Assembly (NCBI RefSeq): GCF_009914755.1
Contig: NC_060929.1
Origin: the human T2T-CHM13v2.0 reference genome, Homo sapiens
Direction: 5' to 3' (one strand)
DNA: 64,000 nt
A program made the position numbers and the translations under genes. Of this stretch, positions 13,159 through 27,267 are shown piece after piece. Below the pieces are notes generated by a model that was not told the origin of the DNA, searched no databases, and saw only the letters and a program-made list of their open reading frames with translations. Position 1 is the stretch's first letter. Each line of letters begins with the position of its first letter.

Positions 13159-13869
13159 GGGGGCGGGCAGTAGCCTCTCCCCTCTCCTTGGGCTGAGCCT
13201 GGCCCACTGCAGGCGGCGCTGGAGTCAGAGAGCAAGGGCACTGGGGCTGTGGACAGGATTCAGAGAGCCCGTGAGTTGAAATCCATGTACAAGATGCTCC
13301 CACACACTGAGCCCCTTCCAACCCACCCCAGACTTACCAGCAGGAGAAGATGCAAACCGAAATGGTCACTCCTCTACCAGGGATGCTCTGGGAGCATTTT
13401 TCTCTCCCAAAGTGACATTCATGGAAATCTGCGCGTAGCCTTCGCGGGAAGCTGAGGCTTTTTGTTCTAATGGTCATATGTGCCTGTCACTGAAGCCCTC
13501 CCTGGGTCTTTTTTTACCTTGATGGAGGGGGTGAGCCTTCTTTCCATTGCCTGCTTTGGAAATGCCATGAAGCCCCGCGAAGCCAGCCCTGAGTTCACTG
13601 AGCTGCTGAACCGAGGACTCAGCAGCTACCTTCATACTATTGGCTTCATGAGTAAAAGCAAAGCAGAGTAAAGAAAAGAAACAAACAAATAAACAACACA
13701 CCAACCAAAGGCTCCTATTTCAATACACGGTGCACAGGCTTCTCTGACAACTTATAGTATAAATTTAATGCCCATGCATGCAATGCATATACCACACACA
13801 GAACAGGAATTTCCAGGAAAATCAATACTCACAAAATAAGTTCACATTTCTCTTTAAAAATAGAGCTCA

Positions 13870-15530
13870 TTTTGTAACAAACCTTTAGGTTCTTGCCAAA
13901 ATTGGGCAGAAGGAACATAGGTCCCCAATATCCTCTCACCACACATATGCATAGCCCCCTTCACTATGAACTTTCTGCCCCAGAGTGGTACGTTGTCTAC
14001 AACCTTTCAACCTACATGGACACATCACTGTGACTCCAACTCCATCGCTCTCCTTAGGATTCACTTGAGTGTTGTATATTCCATGGATTCAAGCAAAGGC
14101 ATAATTGCATGTATCCACCATTATTGTATTCTATGGACTAGTTTCACTTCCATGCAATCGTACTCTGTCCAGTCTCTGCACTTCTGCTTCACTCTCGGTC
14201 CCTTGCAACCACTCAACTATTGACTTGTGTATTCATATTTAAAGTGTGGACACATCTTGTTGTATATATTTCTTATGTACAAAATGCTGTTTTAAAGTAT
14301 GTACACATTGTCTAATATCTAAATCTAGGTAGTTGACATTCATTACCTCACATATATATTACTGTGGTGAGAACACTGCACATCCATGTTAATGAGATTT
14401 TTCAAAAATACGATCTATTGTTAACTATAGTCATCATGCTATACAATAATCCTTGAACTTATTCCCCCTATGTAACTGAAATGTGTATTTTGACCAATGT
14501 CTTCTCAAATTCCCCACCGCCTGTCACCACAGCACCAAACAACCACTTTTCTTCTCTTTTACATCCATCAGACTACCTTTGTGACATTCTACATAGCATT
14601 GAGATTATGTGGTATTTGTGTTCCTACCTATGCCTGACTTATTTCACTTAGCATGATGTTCTCCAGGTGCACCCATGTGTCACAAATGACAAGATTTCCT
14701 TCTTCTTTAAGGCTGTATGGTATTCCCTTGTGTATATATGTCAGATTTTCCTCCTCCTGTTATCTGCTTTTGGATATTTAGGTGGATACCCTATCTTAGG
14801 TCTTGTAAGTAGTGCTGCAATCAATGTGGGAGTGCAGATATCTCTTCAATAGACCGATTTCATTTCCTTTTGATATAGACCTCCCAGTGTGGGCTTGCTG
14901 GATCGTATGGTAGCTGTATTTGTTTAGTTTGTGGAGGAAGGTCCATACTGTTTTCTATAATGGCTGTCCTAATTTACATGGCGAGGAAGAATGCAAGGGC
15001 TCCCTTTCCTCCACATCCTCGTCGACAAGTTTTGTCCTTTGATGTTTTGATCATAGCCATTCTAATGAACATAAGGTGTTATCTTCTTTCAGTTTTTATT
15101 TGCATTTCTCTGGAGATTAGTGATGTTGAGTATATATATATACTAGTAACAGCAGGTATATATGGATATATACCTGGTGGCCACTTTCATGGCTTCTCTT
15201 CAGAAATGTCTATTATTTAGTTCCTTTGCCCAGTTTTTAAATTGTATTGTTTCTTGGTTTCGAGTCCTTAGAGTTCCTAGTATATTTTGGACAGTAAATA
15301 GTTAATTCCTTATTGAATGTAGGGTTTGCAAATATTTTCTCTCTTTATGATTCTGTCTCTTCATGGTGTTGATTGTTTTGTCGGCTCTGCAGATTTTTTG
15401 TTTTTTCATTTGGATGCAATCCATTTATGTATTTTCCCTCTTGCTGTCTCTGATTTTGGGACATATTCCAAAAATCATTGGGTTAACCATTGTCAATGAG
15501 GACATCCCCTGTTTTCTTCTAGTAGGTTAT
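13870..15530 (-). mobile_element. Old L1M-type fragments
   Basis: Paralog of 8550-10460. Confidence 0.7.
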
Positions 15531-16399
15531 ACATTTGTTACCATTTATCTTATATTCAGGGTATTGGATCAATTACATGTCAGTATAATTACAAATAATG
15601 TTCAATTACACAAAATATTTAATGGTCAAGTCCTACACTGAGAGGGAATTTTATTTCTAATTTTTGTGTTCTTATGGAATAATTTGGAAAATCAAGTAAC
15701 AATTGAATGTTATCTAGTATGAAAATGTATTGTCATCATACGTATTTCTGTTTTAGAGAAGCACAAAACAGAAATAAACATGTTATTTCAGCCATAAACC
15801 TAGTTTACATTGGGGCCATTCCTTGGAGGTGAAGGTGTGGAAAGGAGTGCCCAGATGAGACGGGGTATCTGGGGTCTGTGCTTCTCTTAGTTTTCCATGT
15901 AGATCCCAGAGTGTGTTACCATTCTGACATCATCAAACATCATTCCCCGACATGAAACAGTCTTGGTAGGAAAGTAAAAAGAGTCATTTTAGAGAAGAAT
16001 AGTTTTTTAATTTCATTTTTATTTTTACACGCTGGGAAAGAGGTGCTTGATTCCCCAGGAAAAGTTATGGAAAAGTACTAAATGTTTCCAAGGGCAGCTA
16101 CTCCAGTACTCTTAGAAAGCCCAGCACCTTCAGGATAGAATATTGTAAGGGAAGACTTTGTTGTGTCTCCTTAAAATCACATATGAGCAAAAATCCTGTT
16201 ATATCCACTTAAGGATTCGGTATGAAACCACCATAGTCTCTTAAAAGGGTTTCTTTCTTCTCTCTGAAGACAGCTCCACATCCAAAGGATGCTCAAGGCC
16301 CATGTACCTTTGTTCTTCCAGCTAGGAAGCCCTAGAACAATGCCTGCTCATACATGGACCTCAGAGACCCAAACATGATGATAATGATTGTTATTTTCT

Positions 16400-16690
16400 T
16401 GAGCCAGGGTCTCACTCTGTCAGCCAGGTAGGAGGGCAGTGGTTCCATCTCGGCTCACTATAATCTCCACTTCTGGAGCTCAAGAGATCCTCCTACCTCA
16501 GCCTCTGGAGTAGCTGAAACAGCAGGCACCAACCACCACATTTAGCTTTTTTTTTTTCCATTTTAATTGTAGAGGGGAAGTTTTGTCATGTTGCCCAGGC
16601 TGGTCTGGAACTCCTGAGTTCAAGTGATCCACCAACCCCGGTCTCCCAAAATGCTCTCTGATCATAGAAATAAGCCATTGTGCCCCATCT
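16400..16690 (-). mobile_element. Diverged AluJ-type element
   Basis: gagccagggtctcactctgt...ttgcccaggctggtctggaactcctgag. Confidence 0.8.
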
Positions 16691-16899
16691 GAGATACAAA
16701 TATGATTGGATGACATTATTAATCAGGCTGCTGCCTTCATCTGGGTGAGACTAATGTAAGATGTAAGAAAGATGTTAAGTCATGGTTAAGTCCAGGATGG
16801 GCTGAGATACTGAAGCTCCAGCCTACAGAGGGCTCTGTCATAGAAAGACTGGAACCAGTACTTTTTCCTCTAAGATCAGGCCTTTCTTTCTAGACTGGG

Positions 16900-17150
16900 G
16901 CCCAGAGGAAGATGACTTTGTTTTGTAGTAGGTGTTTGGGAAGTGGTCACTGGGCTGTCCCCTGAGAAAGGTCTCCCTCCAATGCTTGGGCTGCAGTGGG
17001 GCATGTCTCCCCACATCTCAAACATAAGCAGGGCCTCTCCTACCACTTCCCTAACCAAGACCTGTATCATTCCAGCCATGGCCAGGGCTATGACCACGTT
17101 GCAAGAAGCTGAGCTTCTGGGGATGGACTGCATCGGACTTCTCACAGGTG
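16900..17150 (-). pseudogene. TAF11-like C-terminal remnant
   Basis: MQSI...NVVIALAMAGMIQVLVREVVGEALLMFEMWGDMP. Confidence 0.85.
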
Positions 17151-17733
17151 CCTCTCTCCCTTTCCCACCCACAAACAGACCCACACTGGTTCTTGCCTCC
17201 CATAATGTGAAATGACTTGTGTATAGAGACTCTATTCACATTTTAGAAAGTAGAGTGTAATGTATGTTCATAGCAAACAAACACACAGGAATAGCTCAGG
17301 AGACAGGGAACATTGAGAACACGGAGCTGCATATAGGAAAAGTCAAAGTGTGGATCGCATCTGCTGTTTGATCAAATGCAGGAGACATTATCTATTTGCC
17401 ACCAATAAGAAATTTATTTGGTTTTCAATAATACTAATGAGCACATTTTTTCACAATTGTTCTTGATTTGAACTGTTGAAAGGCGTTCAGTGAGAAATTC
17501 CCAGTTGACATGAATGTATTAGACCCTCAATGTAGATGGACAGTTTACAAACAAAAGAAAACAGAAACACTCATACCCTTTATATCTGCCTGTGTTGTTA
17601 CTCCTAATCATGTGCAGGGCTGCTTTTGGACCCCATGAGGGACATAAAACCAAAAATGAAGAGAACTGCTAATATCAGAACTATGATTAACACAAAGACG
17701 TTGAAAAACACAACCAAATGGAAACGAAGCCGT

Positions 17734-18176
17734 CTAGAGTGCAGCGTTTCCCAGGAGCGTGGGCTCCCCAGCACCCTCTCTGCCGAGTTGGCAGGCCAGC
17801 TGCATGTCTCTGGGCATAACTGTGACACGCCTGGCATGGATAACACATAGGCTGATGTCTTTAAAGAGGGGGACCAGGTAGGCCTCGCTGTTTCCCTGAA
17901 ATCGCCAGTGGCCGCACATTGGAAGCGCAGGTCTGGGTTGATGGCCTGGGCAATCTCGTGCTCCAGGCGCTGGAAGGTCAGCTTGTGCAGAAGCAGCTGT
18001 GTGGACTTCTGGTACCTCCTGGTTTTGTGCAGCGCCAGGGTGCCAAGCCTGTGGCGGTGAGGCTTCTTGATCCCTCGTGTAGCCAGGACCCTCTTGCCGG
18101 TGACTTTGGTGGCCAGGGGCTTCCTGGGGGCCTGCCAGGCGGTGGCTTTGTGGTCAGTCTGCCTAATGCGAGCCAT
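17734..18176 (-). pseudogene. H3.X-like pseudogene with one frameshift region
   Basis: [24 protein letters not shown]...[10 protein letters not shown] then, in another frame, [10 protein letters not shown]...[27 protein letters not shown] (H3.X-type tail). Confidence 0.9.
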
Positions 18177-18507
18177 GGTGTAGGGCTGTGGCCTCTGCCT
18201 TGTCACTGGGCTGAACCTGGTGAACTGGAAGCAGTGCTGGTACCAGACAGCAATGGTGGTGAGGCTGTGGGCAGGATTCAGAGAGTCTGTGTGTTGGGAT
18301 CTATGCAGAAGATGCTGCCATACACTTAGCCCCTTCCAACCCAGCCCCATACTTACCAACTCACTGATCAGTGGGTCTGAGGTCCCTGTATTGAGTCTCC
18401 TTGAGTAGCCTTGGGATTCCTCGGTCTACACACAGCAGTGGGGAATCTTTCTCCCAGGCAGTCTTGCTCTAGCTGGAGATCTCTGTGATCTCAGCCAAAT
18501 TCAGTCA

Positions 18508-18593
18508 TTTATAGGAGGCTTGGATGATTGGATTAGACCCACCCAGCTACTTTTCACTGCATTCTGTGCTTCAGCAGATGCTTAACCTAATCA
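18508..18593 (-). promoter_or_regulatory. H3.Y-type promoter with two consensus DUX4-type motifs
   Basis: tttatag ~18508 (rc CTATAAA), TGATTGGATTA 18525-18535, TAACCTAATCA 18583-18593. Confidence 0.7.
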
Positions 18594-18777
18594 GGGCTGT
18601 GAAAGCCCATTAAGTCCCTGCATTCTTCCTCACCCAAGAGAGGTACAGACCTCTGGATTGTGCATTGTGGGAGGGATGGTAAATGAGATCTGTCACTTAA
18701 CGTTTTGGGTGCCGAATGGATTCTGAAAGTTTACATTTTATTTACATCAAGGAAATAGTTACTTAAAGTTGCATATT

Positions 18778-19086
<309 letters not shown>

Positions 19087-19739
19087 TTAGACAACTTACA
19101 TGTCTGTGGAAAAACACCAAGGCTTGAGATCATGAGGTCTTCATCAGATCCCATGAGGATGAAGTGAACTGGGAAGGGGAATATGGAAACCTGAAATGGC
19201 CACTCCTCTATGAAGGATTCTCCTGGGGCATTTCTCTCTTCAAAGGTGATGCTCCTGCAAATCTGCTGGTAGCCTCCTGGGGAAGGCAAAGCTGTTGTGA
19301 GAAAACAGTGACATGTGACTGTCACTGATGCCCCCTTTGGCTTCTTTTCCACTTTGAATGTGGATTTGATGCCTGAACAGAGCTATCCTGTTGTTGCCCA
19401 GGATGAAAACACCATGAGGTCCTGAGAAGTCAGCCCCGACCTCTCTGAATTGCTGAACCGAGGTCACAGCTTAGCTAAGTAAATATTGAAAACATTTCAT
19501 TATTTGAATAGCTTTAGCAGTACCAAATTGTTTTGGGCACCATAGATGAATTGTACAGTGGTGAAGTCTATTTCAGTTTACTCTTAATGAACTTTTGTGA
19601 TACTTGTAACATAAATTATTGTTCAATTCAATGCAGATTTCATGCACAGAATGACAAATTTTATGATATCAATATTACAAAATACATTCCTGTTAGCATT
19701 TTTTTAATTAGAGCTTAGTATTATTATTTTCTAGTTGTG

Positions 19740-20755
19740 TAGTTTTTTAAAAAAAATTATGTTTCATTAGCTTGTAAAAACCACTCATAAGTGGTTTTTG
19801 TTCCATACGTGAATTGTATGGTGTTGAAGTCAAGAATTTTAGTGCGCTCATCACGTGACTACTATACCTACATTGCACCCAGTAGGCAGTTTTTCATCCC
19901 CCCATCACCCTGCCACTTCTGAGTCTCTAATGTCTGTGTTACCACCCTGTATGCCTTTCCTACCCACAGCTTAGCTCCCACTTCTAAGTGAGAATGTGCA
20001 CCATTTTGCTCTAGATTCCTGAATGACTCCACTGAGAATAATGGCCTGTAGTTTCATCCACGTTGCTGTAAAAGACATGATTTCATTGCTTATGGCTGAG
20101 TAGTAGTCCATGGCATATATGAACCCCATTTAACTTTACTCACTCATCAGCTGATGGGCACTCAGGTTTATTTTATATCTTTGCAATCGCGAATTGTGCT
20201 AGGGTAAACATATGTGTGCAGGTCTGTTAAGTGGTGTGAGTTCTTTTTCTTTTGTGTGTCTACCCACTATTTGGATTACTGGATCGAATGGGAGATGTAC
20301 TTTGAGATATCTTCATGCTGTTTCCTACAGAGATTACATTAATTTGCATTGTGACAGCAGTGCCTAAGCATTCCCTCTCACCACATCCACCCCAGCATCT
20401 ATCATTTTTGACTATTGAATAATGGTCATTCTGGTGGGGTAAGGTGATACGGCACTGTGGTTTTACTTTGCATTTCTCTGATGATTAGTGATGCGGGGCA
20501 TCTTTTCCTCTGTTTTTTTTTTTTTTTTTTTTTTTGGAATTGTTGTATCTTCTTCTGAGAAATTTCTATGCACATCACTTGCCCACTTTATAGTGGGATT
20601 ATATTTGTTTTTTTCTTGTTTATTTGTTAGAACTGCTTGTAGATTCTGGATCTGTTAGTCCTTTGTCAGATGCATAGTTTGCAGATGGTTTGTCCCATGC
20701 CATAGGTTGTTTGTTTACTAAGGATTATTTCTTTTGTTGTCCAAAAGCATTTTCT
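19740..20755 (-). mobile_element. Old L1 (L1MA/PB-like) 3' fragment
   Basis: cttagctcccacttctaagtgagaat..., ctgatgggcac...; paralog of 49050-49430 plus 56350 onward. Confidence 0.75.
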
Positions 20756-21762
20756 ACTCAATAAGAAATTTGATGATAATAAAATGAAAAACTCATGGTA
20801 TCTGAATATGTAAGGCACTGTCAATTATGTATCCACATTCAGTATTTGTATAATAATTAAAGAAGTAACACTACAAGGAACCGTCCTGGAACTATACTGG
20901 ATAAACTTAGAGCCTCTAACACATTGCTTGGTTTTCTGACAGACCAAAACCATTAAGAAATTCCCAGCCTGGCTAATGTAAACAAAAATTCAGAGTAATA
21001 CTTGAAAATATCAGATTTTTAAATGTCTAGAGTGGAAGAATTCAACTTCACAAATACAGCATTTCCTCCAGGATACATAGCATGTAGAAAAGTGTTCAAT
21101 AAATATTTGCTGAAAAATAGTTTTTTGAGTCTGTTGTCTACAAAGGGGATGTCAGTGATCAAGAAAACAGCCATCTAATTAGTACGTTTCTTATTTTTAA
21201 GTTAACAATTAGAGACACATAATGGTTTCGGGGTGTAACAGTTTTAAAACTTTCCTCTGCCAGCACCTTTATGGGTGCATCCGGAAAGGCTCTGCTTGTT
21301 ATGAATGCCTTTGTATACATTCTGCAAAATAATAATGGTGGTTCTGACGTAATTTAAAAAAATTTTTAATTGGGCATAGACAGAAATGGAAGAAATGCTG
21401 AAGAAAATTAAAAGAGATTTCAGAGCAAGAATTATAGTAACGGGATAAAGAATGATAATTATTTTCATGGGTAAAACTTTAAATGCTTTTATCCTTTTAA
21501 AAGCAATTCCAATATGTTCCTAACATTGATGCTTAGAAAGCAGCTAAGTGTGTTGTAGGGTACAAAGTGTCTGTAATTTTTCTCTGGAGACTATAAAATG
21601 TGACCTGGATCTGGCCCATAGGTTTCTGTGGCAGTCTATCTAATGCAATCAGAAGAGAGTGGATGGCTGAAGTTACTATCATCTGTGAGGTTTATGTTTT
21701 GGAAGAGTTAATCTAGGAGGCTCTTCTTATTTTTTTCCACTTGCATCTTATCAGTAAGAGCT

Positions 21763-22060
<298 letters not shown>

Positions 22061-22611
22061 GTAAAACATTTTTGAATAGCCCACATATATATCTGGTTAT
22101 TTATAAGCTTAATTTATGGGCTATAGTCATTTTGTATATAAACATTAGTTAATTTAATTCTTTTCCTTAGATAAAAATAAACATAAATCAACATTAAATT
22201 TTGTTCTTTGTGCCTCAATTATCTTGCATATTTTGGGGGCATGTGGCCTTCTAATCTTTTCATTTAAGAAGTCATTAATTTAGATCTCTCTCTAGGGTGT
22301 TTATCTCTCTAGATAGAGACCTACTAGAGTTTAAGAGAAAAATGAGGAGTATATAAAGCTTAGATAAATTCAGTGTCTTTTTAGAGTATAGTGAGAGATA
22401 ACTGTATATGGTAATTAATTTTTATGAGAAGTTTATGTATCTGTGTTTGTTTTATTTCAGGGGTTAATTTTCAAGTTTTGGATGGTTCTCCCTCTTTGAG
22501 TTGCCATTTGTTTCTGCTTATAACCTACTGATCATGACTTCAGTACCAGTAAATATTGGAAATGAAAGGCCCTATGTGACTTACAAAGATTCCGATGTAA
22601 ATATGTTTTCC

Positions 22612-22731
22612 TGGTAAAGACGGGTTTCACCATGTTGTCCAGGCTGGTCATGAACTCCTGACCTCAGGAGATCCACACAACTCCGCCTCCCAAAATGCTG
22701 AGATTACAGGCATGAGCCACCGTGCCTGGCC
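22612..22731 (-). mobile_element. Alu left-arm fragment
   Basis: gacgggtttcaccatgttgtccaggctgg...cgtgcctggcc. Confidence 0.8.
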
Positions 22732-22955
22732 AGTAATTTCATATCTTCTACCAACTATTTTTGAATAAACAAAAGCTCTTTAAAAGTCAGATATTTGAGT
22801 GTCTGCTTTATCTTCTGAAGTAGTTTTTATGCCATTTATCAACATAATTTTCCCTAAATGTGATGTAAATCTTTGTGCATGACGTAATTTTATGTCTCTT
22901 TGGTGCTTCTCTGTGACCTATGTATACATACACATGTAATATATAAAATTGAAAT

Positions 22956-23280
22956 CTGGGCGCAGTGGCTCATGCCTGTAATCCCTTCACTTTGAGAAAT
23001 CAAAGTGGGGCAGATCACTTGAAGTCAGCAATTCAAGATCAGCCTGGCCGGAATGGTGAATCCTCGTCTCTCCTTGAAAAAATACAAAAATTTGCCTGGC
23101 GTGGTAGCGCGCACATTTAGTCCCAGCTACTCTGGAGGCTGAGGCAGGAGAATCCGTTGAGCCTAGGATGCAGAGGCTGCAGTGGGCTGAGATCAGGCCA
23201 CTGTAATCCAGCCTGGGGGACAGAGCGAGACTCTGTCTCAAAAATAAATAAATAAATAAATATATTAAAAAAAATAACAT
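22956..23280 (+). mobile_element. Alu with target-site duplication
   Basis: Flanked by ataaaattgaaat (left) and ataacattgaaat (right); paralog of 1875-2200. Confidence 0.9.
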
Positions 23281-23600
23281 TGAAATCATATTTTCATATT
23301 CCCATCACCCAGCCCAGTTTATTTTCAGAGTGCCTGATAAATCACTTGTTTCCCTATGAGTTAGGGATTTTTTTCTCAGACATTTAAATTTTCTAATGCG
23401 CAATTTCGTAAAATGTCTCATTTTTACTGTAAATAGTTTCTTTATTGTTTCTTTATTGTTGTGAGGAATCATTCGATTCTGTGAAGAAGACTGAATTCTG
23501 AAATGTCCCCTGCATTTCCCTCCCCTCAGAGAGTCGCCCTGTGTCTGCCCCTCCCTTGGGTGTGGGCGGAAGCATGAATTGATGTGCCCGCCCAACTTCC

Positions 23601-23676
23601 TGATTAGATTAGGGATATCCTGAACCAATGGCTGCTAAGGGCTGGGTCTAATTCAATCATCTGAGCCCTTTATAAG
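23601..23676 (+). promoter_or_regulatory. TAF11L promoter cassette
   Basis: TGATTAGATTA 23601-23611, CCAAT, TAATTCAATCA 23649-23659, TTTATAAG 23669-23676. Confidence 0.75.
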
Positions 23677-24292
23677 GGAGGACTGAACCCCCCTGTGATT
23701 ACGCTCCCCTGTGGGAGATTCCCCAGCACTGGCTGTGCACACCCAGGGAGCCTCACGGCCCAGACCTGGGCAGCACGGGTAGGAGCTGAGAGCATCCTCA
23801 CGGCAGCAGGCAGAACAAACAAGTGGGCCTGGGGCTCACAACCCTAAGTCATTGTTGAATTCTGCCACCAACTCGAATCATATCGAAGCCAGACCCTTCT
23901 CAGGTGGAGGCAACGACCGCACAGCCAGACCCATCCTGGAGGTCCCTCGTGTGACTCTGAGCAGGAGGCAGTCACTTGGCCTAGCAGAACTTCTGACCTG
24001 TGAGCTGGTGTTTGTTTTAAATATCCAAAATTGGTGAGAATTCGTTCTGCATTGATCTAAAACTAATATACTCTCCTTCCACAAGTTTCTTCACATTGTG
24101 GAAGTGAGAAAATTCAGTGTGTGTGTTTGTGTGTGGGAAGGGGAGGCCGGGAACTGTGTCCGGTTACGGCGAAACTGGCTCAGCAGAAACACAGCAGCTA
24201 AAATCTTTGAAAGGTTCTCATCGCAGATCCACAATCAAACCACCCCAGCCGGAACTTCTGCCTGTACAGCTGCTGTCACGGAGCAGACTTGA

Positions 24293-24898
<606 letters not shown>

Positions 24899-26673
24899 GC
24901 CCAAGGCCAGAGGGCAGGGTCTGTTTGTGCAGGAATAAGTACCGCGTTCATCTTCCAATGACAGGAGTGTGTTTGCTGGAGCTTCTGCATCTCAGTCCCA
25001 CCTGGATTTACCCACGATCTTAGTGTCTTAAAATGTGAAGTTGCCCTTACCTGGATGAAGACAGCAGATTGTTTCATAGGAGCCTTGGCTAAATCTTTGG
25101 GCATTTTAATGGGATGTGGAGGCGTTTTTCTATGTCTTTCCAGTTGGAGGAATCAAGGTGCCTGGGCCTAGAGCATCCTGTGGACAGGCAGCTGCATTCA
25201 GAGAGGGAAGCCCTTCCCAGGAGATCTGTATGGTTTCCTGCTGAAGCCTGGTGTAGCTGTGTCTTAGCTTGTATGCTTATGTCTGGGTTCCAGTAATTGG
25301 AGCTTGCAGAAATGTTTCCCCGATTGTTCTTCTGTACATTTTCAATGCTCATATGTATTTTTGTGAGTCATCTTGAAAACAGTTAAACTGTTCAACTGGT
25401 TTCCAAACTGCAGAAATCAAAATGAAATCACAAAACACTTTTTTTTCCCCAAGTTGACTCTTCTATTCCTGCCTGCTGTGCTTTATGTCAGCAAGTGACC
25501 CTTTCCTGTATTATAATGCAATATAGTATAGATGCATCATGTAAGACTAGAGAGAAACCAATTCCAAAACCACCTTTCCTCAAGCCGCCATTTGTAACGA
25601 TCATATGGGCGGTTTAAAGGACACAGAGAGGGCCTATTGATACTTCACTTTGGCTATACGTGGTGATTTTTGCAGTGCTTCCGGAGACACTGAAATTTAG
25701 TTCCAAACATTGCCTTAGAGGATTCTTGATATTATTCATTCTGCCGATGATCCACTCAGAAAATGAAACCTGAGTACGGCGACATTGGAGAAGTCGTTAA
25801 AGCATTGGACCAAGTCGGTTCATCACGAGTGACAAAGATATTCCACACTCTAGTTGTACATACTCTGCTTTACCTTCATGATGGAAAAGAGTAATTTTTC
25901 GGTATAGAGTAAAAACCCGAGATTTATTATGGAATCACCGTGAACCTTCCCAGCACAGCTCACAGATCATACGCCAAAAATTACAGTGTGATTCAGTTTC
26001 AAAAATTGTCTGTAGTGACCTGTGAATTGACAGCTCGTGAGGACATTCTTTAGTTTGGCGGAAACCAAAAAACCTGAAACCATTGAAATTGAAAAAAATG
26101 GAGTCTGCCAAATTCTGCCTCTTACACTTTCAGCTACCATGCCATGTTCAACTATTGTACTTGATAAGTATTGGAAACTTAAAGTACTGATAATTTCAAT
26201 AGAGTTTCACCAAAGTAGTATTTCTTGTGAGAAAGCCATAATCTCGAATCAGGTCAAAGCCAGACCCTTCTCAGGTGAAGGCAACGACCACACAGCCAGA
26301 GCTATCCTGGAGGTCCCTTGTGTGACTCTGAGCAGGAGGCAGTCACTTGGTCTAGTAGAACTTCTGACCTGTGAGCTGGTGTTTGTTTTAAATATCCAAA
26401 ATTGGTGAGAATTGATTCTGCATTGATCTAAAACTAATATACTGTCCATCCACAAGTTTCTTCACATTGTGGAAGTGAGAAAACCAGTGTATGTGTTTGT
26501 GTGTGGAAAGGGGAGGCAGGGAGCTGTGTCCAGTTGTGGCTAACCTATGGCTCAGCAGAAACATAGCGGCTAAAATCTGTGAAAGGTTCTGATTTCAGAT
26601 GCATAATCAAACCACCCCAGGTGGAACTTCTGCTTCTACAGCTGCTGTCATGGAGCCAACCTGAATCTCACCC

Positions 26674-27267
26674 ATGGAGACCGGCAGGCAAACAGGTGTG
26701 TCTGCTGAGATGTTCGCCATACCCCGAGGTCTGAAGGGCTGCAACGAGGATGGAATCCCTGAGGCCCTAGATGGGAACTTGGAAGAACCCAGGGCTCAGG
26801 AATGTGAGCTCAGGAGTGAGGATGTCATGGACCTCACAGTAGTTGACAATGAGGCCTCAGCCTCAGCTCCTCCTGCAGCCAAAAGACAGAAAACAGATAC
26901 CAAAGGCCAGAAGGAGAGGAAGCCCAGTGTGGATGCAGAGGAGGCTCAGAGGATGACAACCCTGCTGTCTGCCATGTCTGAGGAGCAGCTGTCCCGCTAT
27001 GAAGTGTGTCGCCAGTTAGCTTTCCCAAAAGCACTTGTTGCACGTCTGATGTGGTCTATCACTGGGAGATCGGTGCCTGAGAACATGGCCATTGCCATGG
27101 CTGGAATAGCCAAGGTCTTTGTTGGAGAGGTGGTGGAAGAGGCCCTGGACATGTGTGAGATGTGGGGAGAAATGCCCCCATTGCAGCCCATGGATTTAAG
27201 GGAGGCTGTTTGCAGGTTAAAGCCCAAGGGCCTCTTCCCCAACAACTATAAAAAAGTCATGTTCTAG
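26674..27267 (+). CDS. TAF11L14: TAF11-like protein (197 aa), no own core promoter
   Basis: Full ORF, more divergent in fold ([20 protein letters not shown]); paralog number inferred from order. Confidence 0.8.
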   Translation: METGRQTGVSAEMFAIPRGLKGCNEDGIPEALDGNLEEPRAQECELRSEDVMDLTVVDNEASASAPPAAKRQKTDTKGQKERKPSVDAEEAQRMTTLLSAMSEEQLSRYEVCRQLAFPKALVARLMWSITGRSVPENMAIAMAGIAKVFVGEVVEEALDMCEMWGEMPPLQPMDLREAVCRLKPKGLFPNNYKKVMF

